From Wolbachia endosymbiont strain TRS of Brugia malayi (GTDB lineage Bacteria; Pseudomonadota; Alphaproteobacteria; Rickettsiales; Anaplasmataceae), in assembly GCF_000008385.1 (NCBI RefSeq), contig NC_006833.1, positions 180,001 to 212,000 of the forward strand: a stretch of 32,000 nt of DNA, written 5' to 3'. Below are positions 21,647-32,000 of the stretch, one piece after another. Below the pieces are notes generated by a model that saw only the letters and a list, made by a program, of their open reading frames with translations, was not told where the DNA came from and did not search any database. Numbering within the stretch: position 1 is the stretch's first letter; each line of letters opens with the position of its first letter. The position numbers and the translations under genes are program-made.

Positions 21647-22576
21647 ATGATGGAAAATCTAGCATATAAATTAATTAAAGTAACTGAAGCTGCAGCACTT
21701 GCCGCATATAAGTTGGTGGGCTTAGGTGATGAAAAAAAGGCTGATCAGGTTGCAGTTGATGCAATGCGGACGGTACTAAATTCGATGGAAATAAATGGCA
21801 CAATTGTAATTGGTGAGGGTGAGAGAGATAAAGCACCGATGCTATATGTTGGAGAGAAGGTTGGCACTGGAAACGGTCCTGAGATCGATATTGCTGTTGA
21901 CCCACTTGAAGGTACTACAATTTGTGCTCACTATAAACAAAGTGCAATGTCCGTTCTTGCTGCAGCAAAAAAAGGTGACTTTTTACATGCACCAGATATC
22001 TATATGGAAAAAATAGCGATAGGAAAAGATCTTCCAATAGGTGTAGTTTCACTAAAAAATAGTGTTGAAAAAAATTTTGACAATCTAGCCCAAGCAAAAA
22101 AATGTGAAGTAAATGATCTTACAGTAACTATACTTAAACGTGAGAGGCACAATAATTTAATATTAAAAATCAGGAAGTTAGGAGCAAGAGTTAAATTGAT
22201 AGATGATGGTGATATTGCTGCTATAGTTTCATTAATTAATGGCAGCCACGATATATATATTGGCATAGGAGGAGCACCAGAAGGAGTGCTTGCAGCTGCA
22301 GCGTTAAGTTCAATAGGCGGACAAATGGAGGGAAGATTAATATTTGACACACATCAGTCAAAAGAAAGAGCAAAAATTTTGAATATTGATGACCTAGAAA
22401 AAATCTACTCTATAAAAGATATGGTAAAAGGTGAGTCAGTGTTCATTGCAACTGGAGTAACAAGCGGAGAGCTTGTAGATGGGGTTAAATTTGGTTATAA
22501 CATCTGCTCAACTAGTTCTTTAATAATGTTGCATAATAAGGTGATAAAGTTGCAAACAATACAAAATTTATGCTAA
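21647..22576 (+). CDS. glpX: Fructose-1,6-bisphosphatase class II (GlpX)
   Basis: MENLAYKLIKVTEAAALAAYKLVGLGDEKKADQVAVDAMRTVLNSMEINGTIVIGEGERDKAPMLYVGEKVGTG...DIAVDPLEGTT...IGIGGAPEGVLAAAAL. ATG is at 21650. Confidence 0.95.
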   Translation: MMENLAYKLIKVTEAAALAAYKLVGLGDEKKADQVAVDAMRTVLNSMEINGTIVIGEGERDKAPMLYVGEKVGTGNGPEIDIAVDPLEGTTICAHYKQSAMSVLAAAKKGDFLHAPDIYMEKIAIGKDLPIGVVSLKNSVEKNFDNLAQAKKCEVNDLTVTILKRERHNNLILKIRKLGARVKLIDDGDIAAIVSLINGSHDIYIGIGGAPEGVLAAAALSSIGGQMEGRLIFDTHQSKERAKILNIDDLEKIYSIKDMVKGESVFIATGVTSGELVDGVKFGYNICSTSSLIMLHNKVIKLQTIQNLC

Positions 22577-22663
22577 TTTCCTTAGTTTTAACACACATAA
22601 ATTTTAGCATTTACAATGCACTAGCATTAAGATATACTATTTTAGTAAAATCGAAAGAGGTAT

Positions 22664-23560
22664 GATATGGGATTATTTGAATGGTTCAAGGGATTTAAAT
22701 CTTCTGTGGAAAATACAGATGTCAATATTGCTTTACAAGAGAAACTGATCATACAAGTGGTTTCTTAAGACAAGCGTAAATTTGATAATAATTCTGAGAT
22801 ATAAAGCATACTATCAGGTTTTGACAATTTAGATTTCTCAAGTCGACCATTTAATTATCCTTCGTATGACATGAATTATGATGAAGGTAAAGAGGCAAAT
22901 CCATTTAACAAAATAGCAAAATACTATGGAAGAAATAAGAATGTTTCCCTTTTTATTGCCACGCTGGTGGTAATGTTCAAGCTAAAGAGAAGTTTATAGA
23001 GAAGATGAATATATATTTGGATAGAGTTAATAAAGGAGAGCATGATGCAAAAGAATTTTTAAATAGTGATTTGGCTGCTTTCTTTAATAAATATCACGTA
23101 GTATACTCAGGACATAATCGGTAATATTTGTAAAGAGTAAAAATATACAGCAATGGTAAAAGAATACTAATAATTGTGAAGAATGAGAAACAGGAGAAAA
23201 ACTACTCTTTCGTAGAACTTGCAATATGTAACATTGAAATTAGTTAGGGTGCAAAAGATAAGTCTGGAAAAGGCCTTAACTATTTTGCTGTTTTAAATAT
23301 AAATCCTGATCAAACTAGTATTAGGAAGTTATCCATCGACGGTAAAAATATTGACTAAAGGACATTTTAGAACTAGCTGAGCAAAACTAGGCTGTGTTTA
23401 TAAAAGGTAAAGCTTTACGTGAAGTTTTAGAGAATGTCTAGTTTAATAGACACTGTATGAGAAAAAGAAGGACACACAGCCATATGAGAATATCATCATC
23501 GGTATATCTAACTCTATCATTGATGAGAAAATAACTGTAGAAAAAGGAGTTTCTTCCCTT
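22664..23560 (+). pseudogene. Decayed hypothetical gene
   Basis: Starts MGLFEWFKGFKSSVENTDVNIALQEKLIIQVVS*; further coding-like fragments SGFDNLDFSSRPFNYPSYDMNYDEGKEANPFNKIAKYYGRNKNVSLFIATLVVMFK and AKEFLNSDLAAFFNKYHVVYSGHN in shifted frames. Confidence 0.45.
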
Positions 23561-23573
23561 CAGCAAGGGGCTG

Positions 23574-24689
23574 CTACACATTAAACCTAAAGTGCATTAT
23601 ATCACCGTCTTGTACAATATAATCCTTGCCTTCGAAGCGAATTTTGCCTGCGTCTTTGCAAGCCGATTCGCTTCTATATTTTACATAATCTGCAAAACTT
23701 ATCGTTTCTGCTTTTATAAAACCTTTTTCAAAATCATTGTGAATTACACCAGCTGCTTTATCAGCTGTTGACCCTATTTTTATTGGCCACGCTCGTGCTT
23801 CTTTGAGGCCAACAGTAAAAAAGGTTATCATACTTAGCACTTCATACATAATACGCGCTACTCCATCAAGTCCCGACTCTTGCAGGCCAAATTCTGATAA
23901 AAAACTCTGTTTTTCCTCCTCACTTTCAAGATTTGCAATATCTGACTCAAGTTTTGCTGAGATACAATAAAATTTATTTTTGTTCTCTTCTGCTATTTTT
24001 TTCACCTTTTGAGATAGTTTATTACCCGTTATAATATTTATATCTTCAACATTGCAGACGTACATAACAGGCTTTGCCGTCAGCAATTGAAGTGATTTCA
24101 TTTCATTTCTATCACTACATTCTAAACTTCTTGCAGGTTTACCGAGTTTTAAAGTAGCTAAAACCTCATGCATCAAATCAAGTTGCCTCTTTAGCTCCTT
24201 ATTACCCTGCTTTGCTTTCTTTTCTAATTGAGGTAGCCTCTTTTCTATGCTATCAATATCAGCCAAAATTAATTCCATTTCCACTACCTCAGCATCTGAT
24301 ATTGGATCTATTTCATTATGCACATGGTTAACACCGTCGTCCATAAAGCACCTAAGCAGATGAACGATGGCATCAACTTCTCTGATATGACTCAAAAACT
24401 TATTACCGAGCCCTTCACCCTTACTCGCACCCTTTACCAGACCTGCAATATCCACGACTTCTAGCTGATTGTAGATTACCTTTTCTGAACCGGCAATTGC
24501 TGCGATTTGTCTCAAACGCTGATCTCTTATTGGCACCTTGCCAATATTTGGTTCGATTGTACAAAAGGGGTAATTTGCAGCTTCAGCTGCACTTGATTGT
24601 GTAAGTGCGTTAAATAAAGTTGATTTTCCTATGTTTGGTAACCCAACTATGCCACAGTTAAAGCTCATATTTACCATATAAAACCACAA
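23574..24689 (-). CDS. ychF: Redox-regulated ATPase / GTP-binding protein YchF
   Basis: MSFNCGIVGLPNIGKSTLFNALTQSSAAEAANYPFCTIEPNIGKVPIRD; C-terminal GVIHNDFEKGFIKAETISFADYVK...YIVQDGDIMHFRFNV. Start likely at 24668. Confidence 0.97.
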   Translation of the reverse strand: MWFYMVNMSFNCGIVGLPNIGKSTLFNALTQSSAAEAANYPFCTIEPNIGKVPIRDQRLRQIAAIAGSEKVIYNQLEVVDIAGLVKGASKGEGLGNKFLSHIREVDAIVHLLRCFMDDGVNHVHNEIDPISDAEVVEMELILADIDSIEKRLPQLEKKAKQGNKELKRQLDLMHEVLATLKLGKPARSLECSDRNEMKSLQLLTAKPVMYVCNVEDINIITGNKLSQKVKKIAEENKNKFYCISAKLESDIANLESEEEKQSFLSEFGLQESGLDGVARIMYEVLSMITFFTVGLKEARAWPIKIGSTADKAAGVIHNDFEKGFIKAETISFADYVKYRSESACKDAGKIRFEGKDYIVQDGDIMHFRFNV

Positions 24690-24781
24690 TTGTTACATGA
24701 TTTAAGAATTTTTGCTATACTTAATTAGTTATTTATTAACAACTTTACTGATATAGTAATATATAATTAAGGTGAGAAACT

Positions 24782-25800
24782 ATGACTACAGCTCAAAAAC
24801 CGGAAACTACTAAGTGATTTTCAAGACATTGAAAGTGCGAAAAGGTTCAAGAGCTCAGGGCAGGAAATAACTCTTTCAAGTAGTAGCCCCTACCCTGATA
24901 ATTTCCATGTAGGGTAGCAATTGGTAATGGAAATTGTTTTTTAACCTCATTCAAACAAAGCTTGAGACAGCAGAAGGGAATCAAAAGTTACTGTAGAGCA
25001 GTTGTGAAAAGACTATAAAGAATTTGCGCAAAAAAATCTGCAGAATGGTTTCAAAGTACAATTGCAAGCAGCTACGATAGTAGTGATAATATTCGCATTG
25101 AAATTGCAGATAACTATGTAAAAAACATCTTGGATAATAGTAGATGGGATGATCCTGAAGTTGAAGGTAGAATATTTTGTGGAAAGTATGGCATGAAATT
25201 GCACCTTTGAATCAAAAATCGGTTATATTTTAAGTTTTTGCAGAGATGGATATTTCAGGATGAGGATGGGTTTAATGCAAATGTTAAACAAGTAATAATG
25301 GGCTCTAAATTCTATGGAACACTTGCTAAAGAGCTTTAAAAAATTAACTCAGATTGAAGCGAGTAAATCGCTAGAAAATATGTGAGGTCTTGGTAACATA
25401 GGTCGCACACATAGCCTTATCAGTTCTTCAGGTAGTACGTAAACAGGTAGTCTAAACTATAATAATCAATCTACCATGCATATAATAAACAAAGGTGATG
25501 CTCACTTTGAACCATTGCTTGACAGAAGTAAAAGTTTAGCAAAGCAAGAGTAAGGAGATTTTCTATTAGCAAAAAAACTTCAGCTAGATGAGATCTCAGA
25601 ATATTACAACTTTTCAAGGGGTAGCAGTCAGAAAGCAGGGGTTGAAAGAAGCGTTTGATAAGTCATTAACAGAAAGTTTAATGGAGAAATTAGTGATGTT
25701 ATAAAACGGGTAGAGCAGTACATGAAACGCTCTGAAGAACAAAATCCTTTGGCTTACCAAGATATGGTATGAAAGAAACAAGGATAGAAAAAACATTTCA
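24782..25800 (+). pseudogene. Decayed hypothetical gene(s)
   Basis: No ORF over ~60 aa, but coding-like stretches such as SAEWFQSTIASSYDSSDNIRIEIADNYVKNILDNSRWDDPEVEGRIFCGKYGMKLHL* follow an initial MTTAQKPETTK*. Confidence 0.35.
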
Positions 25801-25834
25801 TCAGCAGCAGTCTGTAAAATCTTGTTAACTCTAT

Positions 25835-27073
25835 ATGTTTTTATATAGGGCTTTTTTGCAAAATCTCAGTAATATGAGTACAATACGCACAACCCAAATG
25901 CAAGTTGATCATAAAACTAGTTTAATTATTGATGCCGTAGAGAAATTTGGTGGTGAGGTGAGGCTTGTTGGTGGGTGCGTGAGAGATTCAATTCTGCAGC
26001 GTAAAGTTCACGACATTGACTTAGCCACCAATTTACTGCCCAGTCAAGTAATTGAAGCACTAAAATTTCACAATATAAAAGCTATTCCAACCGGCTTAAA
26101 ACATGGAACTATCACTGCAGTTTTAAATCAAAGGTCCTTTGAGATCACAACGCTAAGGCATGATGTTAAGTGTGATGGTAGGCATGCAAAAGTAGAATTT
26201 ACCGATAATTGGCGAGCTGATGCTTCGAGACGCGACTTTACATTCAACGCTCTATACGCAAACAAGTACGGCCATATATATGACTACTTTGGTGGTACTC
26301 AGGACTTGAAAGCACGAAGATTAAATTTTATAGGCAACGCTGAAGATAGAATTAAAGAAGACTATCTGCGCATTTTAAGGGCGTTTCGTTTTCATGCAAA
26401 AATATGCATTGGAGATATGAGTGATAAAATATTGAATGTATGCAAAAAGCACGCACACAAGATTTATAACCTCTCTGGAGAGAGAATAAGAGATGAAATG
26501 TTTAAATTGCTGGAGTATGATGCTCCGGTTCCAACACTTAAGAGTATGCAAAAATCTGATGTTTTACAAAAAATTATCCCAAAAGAGGTAAAATGCGAAA
26601 TTCTGTCTTCGGCATTTCTTTTTGGCACTGATGCACTAGTAAAATTAGCGTTACTTCTTAGGACTACCGAAAAAAATGACAGGTTGAGCCTTGGAGAATA
26701 CGTAAGTAAGTTTTTACGCCTTTCAAACAAGCAAAAGAAAAAGCTATTATTTTTACTATCCAATAATATCAAAACAGAGCTTACAGAAAAAGAGCAAAGG
26801 AAATATATATCTTTACTTGGCAAGGAATTATATTGCGATTTAGTAAAAGTTTGTGGTGTTGAGTCCGGAGCAAATGTTGATGAGTACATTTCACTTGCTC
26901 AGGTGCTTAACATCCAGAAATTTCCTTTATCTGGCGATGATTTGATAAATATAGGTTACCAGCCAGGAAAAAATTTAGGTAGGAACTTGAAATTACTAAG
27001 ACAACATTGGGAAGATAGTTCCTACACTTTAACAAAAAAGGAGCTGATGCTTTATGCTAAAAGTTTACTCTAA
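25835..27073 (+). CDS. cca: CCA tRNA nucleotidyltransferase / poly(A) polymerase family
   Basis: VRLVGGCVRDSILQRKVHDIDLATNLLPSQVIEALKFHNIKAIPTGLKHGTITAV...SRRDFTFNALYANKYGHIYDYFGGTQDLKARRLNFIGNAEDRIKEDYLRILRAFRF. Probable start ATG 25874. Confidence 0.95.
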   Translation: MFLYRAFLQNLSNMSTIRTTQMQVDHKTSLIIDAVEKFGGEVRLVGGCVRDSILQRKVHDIDLATNLLPSQVIEALKFHNIKAIPTGLKHGTITAVLNQRSFEITTLRHDVKCDGRHAKVEFTDNWRADASRRDFTFNALYANKYGHIYDYFGGTQDLKARRLNFIGNAEDRIKEDYLRILRAFRFHAKICIGDMSDKILNVCKKHAHKIYNLSGERIRDEMFKLLEYDAPVPTLKSMQKSDVLQKIIPKEVKCEILSSAFLFGTDALVKLALLLRTTEKNDRLSLGEYVSKFLRLSNKQKKKLLFLLSNNIKTELTEKEQRKYISLLGKELYCDLVKVCGVESGANVDEYISLAQVLNIQKFPLSGDDLINIGYQPGKNLGRNLKLLRQHWEDSSYTLTKKELMLYAKSLL

Positions 27074-27095
27074 TTTTTGCCTGTCACAATTTTTA

Positions 27096-29576
27096 TTATC
27101 CATGTCCTACAACTCTTATATTACTCGGTGACAGCACAAATATACTAGTATGACTCATAGAAGAGCTAGGCACGTTGTTTGGTAGCAAATTTATCTCTCT
27201 AACTTTCTCTAAAAAGATTTTCACCCTAGCATTTGCTAACTCTTTTACAACAATCTCTTTAAGCAGGATTGATGGATTTTTACTATTACTTCTTTCGTTA
27301 TAAAACTTATTCATGCTAGAATCAGCTATTATTGCTATGTCTTTTATATTTAATCTTAATCTCTTTATATATTACTTAACAGAGTGCAGCAATTTGGTTT
27401 TTAATTTACTCTTGCACATGATACCATCAAGTAACTCTTTATCTGTGTTTTTGCTAACCTGATAATACTTATTACCCTTGTCAATCACTACTTCTTTAAC
27501 CTTACCTTCTATAACTTCCCTTATTAAATTTTTTAAACAAATTAAGTAATTCATTATCTTGAGGTTTATTGTCTTGTTTATTTGAGAGGAATTTTACAGT
27601 TTCTCTCAAGAAGTTGAGAAGAAAATTCTTTTCTCTCAATTCAGGGAAATTCTTTTTTAAATCCATATTTCGGTCAGACAAGAAACGTCCAAGACCCTGC
27701 AAAGGCTTTTTTAGTAAGTTAAACGGATCAGTAATTGATTTCGTGATAGATACTTTATCCACATCCCCTATACTGGCTTTTGAACTTCTGTTTGTCCTTG
27801 TGTATCTTTCCTTTTACTTCCCATCTCGTTGTGCATCTTTAGTTGGTGAACTTTCAATCTGTTGATCTTTTAATATCAAATTCTCATGAAGTGCCTCTGT
27901 ATGTGCTGCAATAGATGATACTACAACATCTCTTGCTTTTTTCTGCTTCCGGGTATTTAAGCAACCTTTCTTGCTCAGCAAGTTTTCCTCTGGCTTCTTG
28001 TAATTCCTCATCTGATTTCTTCTTTAATGTCTTCAACCTTTCTATTTCCTCAGCTTTTTTCTTTGAATCTGTCTCCCATTCTTTTTTTTGATTAGACGAA
28101 GCAGTTTCAAACTTGCTAATATCTTTTTTACTTTTTGCCAGATCTACACCCTTTTGGCTAGACATTTTAGTCAATCTTTTTTGCACATTTTTTTATCTTC
28201 CTTTAAAGTCTGTACTTGTTTTTGCAACTCAGCAGACTCATTTTCTAAGTCCTCTTTCTCTTTTTCAACAGCACTTAATTGACTTTCTAAATTCTCCAAT
28301 TCGCGTTCTAACTCACGCTGACTTTCCTCACACGTTTTGCATGCTTCTTCCATAGCTTTTAACTGCTTTTCATGCTGAGCTTTTTCTTTTCGCAATTCAC
28401 TTACTTTACTTTCTAATTCAGCATTCTTGCTTATAGTCTATCGTAACTCTGTCACTTTTGTTGCTCGAAATTACTCTTTTCTTCCTCCAATGTTTTTACT
28501 TGATTGATTAATCTGCGTTCATATTACGCTAATCTTTCATTTTCTTTATTCAAGTTAGCTTCTTGGCTAATATCTTTGATTCTCTTCCTTTACATAGCTT
28601 AGTTGATTATTTAAATCTCTATTTCCTTCTTCCAATTACTGTTTAGGTTCTTGAGTACTTTGCAATTGAACAGTCAGTATATTCACATTTGATTGATAGA
28701 GCTTCTTTATTACAACCTAAGTTACTAATTTTACCTTCTAACCCACTAACTCCATCTTCAAGTTCCGTTATTTGTATTTGTAGACTTCATTACCCTTCTT
28801 AACAGCCTCATTTTCATCAGCAAGTGATTTAATCAAAGCATCTTGCTCTCCGACCCTTTTTCTTGATCATATATAGTTTACTGTTTGTTCATCAACTTTA
28901 CCCTTTATTGTTTTCTTATCCTGTTCTAATTCTTCATTTAACCTTGTTAAATTACTTTATTTCCTGTCTTTTTCCTCCACTCTACCAAAAGCTTTCTTGT
29001 TCTGTTTACAAGTTCTGTGTTGTATTCAATTAGTTCCTCTTCTCGTTTGTCTGCAGCTTCTGTCAATTCCTTATAACCCTTTTTAAACTTTTCAATTATA
29101 GACTACAATTCTCTATTTTCCTCTTTTAAGGAAACATTTTGCAAACGTGTTCGAGTTCTAGTTCCTGACTCATATCCCCTAGCTGTTCTTCTAATGCTCC
29201 ATTTTTCTCTGTACTCACTTCTCCTATATTAGAATAGTCATCATCAATTAGCCCACTACCCTCAGTACTGCAAAAATAGATTCCACCAGTAAATTCGTTA
29301 CTTTCTTCAGTTTTAACCCCTTCATCTTTACTCATTACTTCACTTTGAAGTATCAAATCAACTTGAACACCTGCATTTACTGTTGTAAGCTTATCAGCTT
29401 AAACTCCATTATTTGCAGTAGCTTTATTATAGTATAGAATATTTTCTGCTCATTTATTCCATCTCTTTGGCAATATCTGCCCAATCGTTTTTTAGGTATA
29501 GATAAGCAAACACGGTAGATCAGCTATATCCTTTTTCCTCCCTTTTAATATTAATTTCATTACTTGTGCCAAGCAT
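27096..29576 (-). pseudogene. Large decayed coiled-coil protein gene
   Basis: Series of same-strand frame-broken ORFs (29126-29356, 28171-28395, 27884-28186, 27814-28011, 27502-27762, 27372-27554, 27096-27314), with heptad-rich text such as MRKEKAQHEKQLKAMEEACKTCEESQRELERELENLESQLSAVEKEKEDLENESAELQKQVQTLKEDKKMCKKD. An ATG at 29576 begins MLGTSNEINIKREEKG. Confidence 0.6.
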
Positions 29577-29856
29577 AAAATTACCTCACCTTTTTTCAAT
29601 TCTAAAAACTTTCTTCAAGCTAAATTTTACTAACAATCACCAGAAATAGTAACTAAATTATATATTAGTGTAAAAATTAAATAAGCATTAATGCAGATGT
29701 TAAACTTGACCTGAACGTTTTTAATGTTAAGTAGACAAAGTTCTACCCATTTAACAAACCTTAAATAGAAATATGCATATTTGTAAGCACATCATTTGCC
29801 TTTTTTTATTGCTCCTACCAACATTTCTTGTCCATTACCCTGACTTTTTACGTCAA

Positions 29857-30293
29857 CTACCTGGCTAAATTTGCAAGAAAGGTGATCAAACTGACTTCCT
29901 GTAGTTCCACTTGTTTCAACACCAGAGCTCTGCTCTCATGGTCAATGTTATATCTTACGATATAACCAATCGAAAGTCCATTATTAATTACCCCAGTCTT
30001 AAGTATTAAGTAAGCCTCTTCTGATTTTTGAATACCTAGGAGCAAACGCACAGTTATATACAACCCAACATCATTTTTACAAATTTTATAATATTGCCTA
30101 TAGGCTCACCAAGATTGTGCTGCCAGAGAAGCTTTATCTCATTTTTGTTCAAATTCTCTTTAAATGCTCCAAACAAGATTAGGTCACTTATTTATCGACT
30201 ATATTAAAGACACTCGCATAACCAGAAAATACGCCGTTTTCTCCTATATTTTTTATTAACAATGGGATGAACAGAGAAATTTCTTATCCTCAT
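29857..30293 (-). pseudogene. HK97-family phage prohead protease remnant (probable prophage WO relic)
   Basis: Joined frames read MRIRNFSVHP / IGENGVFSGYASVFNIVDK / DLILFGAFKENLNKNEIKLLWQHNLGEPIGNIIKF / LYITVRLLLGIQKSEEAYLILKTGVINNGLSIGYIVRYNIDHESRALVLKQVELQEVSLITFLANLA. These are the canonical protease motifs. An AAGGAGG-like RBS precedes the ATG. Confidence 0.78.
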
Positions 30294-30505
30294 AAAGCCT
30301 CCTTGTAGATTATGCTATTGGGGATTTTATTTGAAGTAACTTGCAATATACTGCGAAACAACCTTATTATATACAGTACTCTAAAAGAGGGAAGCATTTT
30401 TAATTACAAAATAGAAACTATGGAAGCAACAAAGCCATCCCAACGTCACACAAACAACTTATGAGCATTTGTGATTTGATAAGCTAAAGATAGCTCACAG
30501 AAGTA

Positions 30506-30808
30506 CAAAAAATTACTTGATAAACCTTGCTAATTTCCATAGTACTGAAGGTATTCAGTTATCTTCAATCTATGCAGATTAAATGACAAAGTATCACGTA
30601 GTTAGCGTCTTATGTTTAATTTTTTGTACTATATGTACTCTTATGTCTTTACAACATCTCTGGGGGGGTTTTTACCTATATAAGCTAGAACGTGCTTTAT
30701 AAAGCATTTAAGACAGTATAGTGCGCCAATTTATAGGATTAGAGAGTAAACACTATCTGCCAGGGAATATCTTTTACCTTTTTTCTATTTAATAAATTTC
30801 TTGCTACT
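30506..30808. repeat. Dispersed intergenic repeat, copy C
   Basis: Very similar to copy A: 'tctatgcagattaaatgacaaagtatcacgtagttagcgtcttatgtttaattttttgtactatatgtactcttatgtctttacaac ... tttacctatataagct ... aggattagagagtaaacactatc'. Confidence 0.8.
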
Positions 30809-31324
30809 TGTTAGCGGGGTCTAGAGATACCGCAGATGAGTTGCGCCAACGTCTCCGCTGGAATGACATAAGAAGGAGGCTACTTGAACGATAAGAAAGG
30901 AGTACTGGAATGACAATAAATTTCTTCGAAAAAAAGTTACTTGAAATGGCAACTGTATAAAACTGTTACTTCCAGCCTATCTCTATCAGTTTTTTTCTCC
31001 TTTTGCTTCTTCCACTTTAGAGTTGTAGTACTTCATCTGTAACACAATCATCTTGAATCTAAGAGTTCTTTAACTCCTTTAAACAGCATAAAGGGAATAC
31101 CTATACATACTTATAACTAAAGCACTGGTTACCGCTATTTTTGTTATAGCTATAACTGCTGTTAAATAGCTATATCGATAGTAGTTTCCACCACTAAACT
31201 TAATAATATCTTGATTATCATATACCATAATAAAAAAGTCAAATCCATACGCTAAGGTTGTAGCTTTACTAAATACTAAAAAACAGTCACAATGAAGTAA
31301 GCAAACATTTACAAATTAAATTTA

Positions 31325-32000
31325 GTGTGCAATCAACAAACAAGGGTGTTGATATCAACAATTCTCTGTAGAATCGCAATATGGTATGATCACATGCTCT
31401 TTATTGATCTGGTTAACATAATCAGTAGAGAGTTTTGTTCTGCAAAAGATGTCTACTACAACATACTGCAATTGTTTGGAATTGCAGGGCTGGGTGCTAT
31501 GGTAAGGCCACTTGGCGCATCTGTATTTGGTCACATTGGCGATAGATATGGAAGGAAGATGGCATTAACAATTGCTATTTTGCTAATATCAATCCCGTCT
31601 AGTCTCGTTGCATTTATTCCAGGCTATAGTCGAGTAGGTATAACCTCTACTATATTGCTTTTTGCAATCCATGTAACACAAGGAATTGCACTAGGCGCCG
31701 AACAAGGAGGAAGTTCTGTTTATCTCATAGAGCATTTATCCAATAAGAAAAAACTAGGAATGTTTTTTGGGATAATAAGTTTTGGTCGCTCCATTGGTGT
31801 CCTGCTTTTTGTAATGATAGTGATCATATGCAAAAAAATCACTGATTTTAACGCATGGGGCTGGAGAATGCCGTTTACTTTTTCGGCCATTTGGGGATTA
31901 ATGAGTGCATATAGTATATACACATTAGGAGAAACTCCGGCATATGAAAAAAATCGAGAACAAAGAAATTTGCCTAATTTACCAATAATAGAGCTTGTAA
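31325..32000 (+). CDS. MFS transporter, proline/betaine (ProP/MHS)-like, truncated by window edge
   Basis: Open frame from GTG 31325 (or GTG 31346): RIAIWYDHMLFIDLVNIISREFC...LQLFGIAGLGAMVRPLGASVFGHIGDRYGRKMALTIAILLISIPSSLVAFIPGY...LLFAIHVTQGIALGAEQGGSSVYLIEHLSNKKKLGMFFGIISFG. MFS loop motif GDRYGRK. Confidence 0.9.
   Translation, partial: MCNQQTRVLISTILCRIAIWYDHMLFIDLVNIISREFCSAKDVYYNILQLFGIAGLGAMVRPLGASVFGHIGDRYGRKMALTIAILLISIPSSLVAFIPGYSRVGITSTILLFAIHVTQGIALGAEQGGSSVYLIEHLSNKKKLGMFFGIISFGRSIGVLLFVMIVIICKKITDFNAWGWRMPFTFSAIWGLMSAYSIYTLGETPAYEKNREQRNLPNLPIIELV

Noticed and set aside
26464-26889. Minus-strand ORF of 141 aa inside cca
   Set aside because: Fully overlaps the conserved cca coding sequence on the opposite strand; low-complexity Ser/Phe-rich shadow ORF.
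27569-28355. Plus-strand ORFs 27569-27865, 28088-28282 and 28113-28355
   Set aside because: Phe/Ser/Leu-rich antisense images of the Glu/Lys/Leu-rich coiled-coil sequence on the minus strand.
30640-30660. G-run 'tctgggggggttttt' as a possible regulatory or phase-variation tract
   Set aside because: It lies inside intergenic repeat copy C with no gene it could switch; probably a single-copy indel relative to copy A.

Overview
This window looks like a Wolbachia (Anaplasmataceae) chromosomal segment. That is an inference from gene content, low GC, and WSP-like, ankyrin, IS66 and WO-phage-like remnants; I ran no search. It contains largely intact housekeeping genes: htpG (5' part, truncated by the window edge), a HAD phosphatase, an RDD protein, SURF1, a CPA2 antiporter, a thioredoxin-fold protein, tmk, ftsH, tilS, pal, an unknown 475-aa protein next to mreB, mreB, mnmA, glpX, ychF, cca, and a partial MFS transporter. 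Between them are heavily decayed accessory loci: a WSP/Surface_Ag_2-like pseudogene, an IS66 transposase pseudogene, an ankyrin-like pseudogene with TM segments, a ~2.4 kb coiled-coil pseudogene, several decayed unknown genes, and an isolated HK97-type prohead protease remnant. A bacterioferritin-like gene has a late frameshift and appears to have lost the heme-ligand Met. A divergent ~300-450 bp intergenic repeat occurs three times. I found no convincing intact, undescribed multi-gene system, CRISPR array, tRNA or rRNA. The best second-look candidates are the bfr frameshift, the unknown gene beside mreB, the coiled-coil pseudogene, the three-copy repeat, and the phage remnant.
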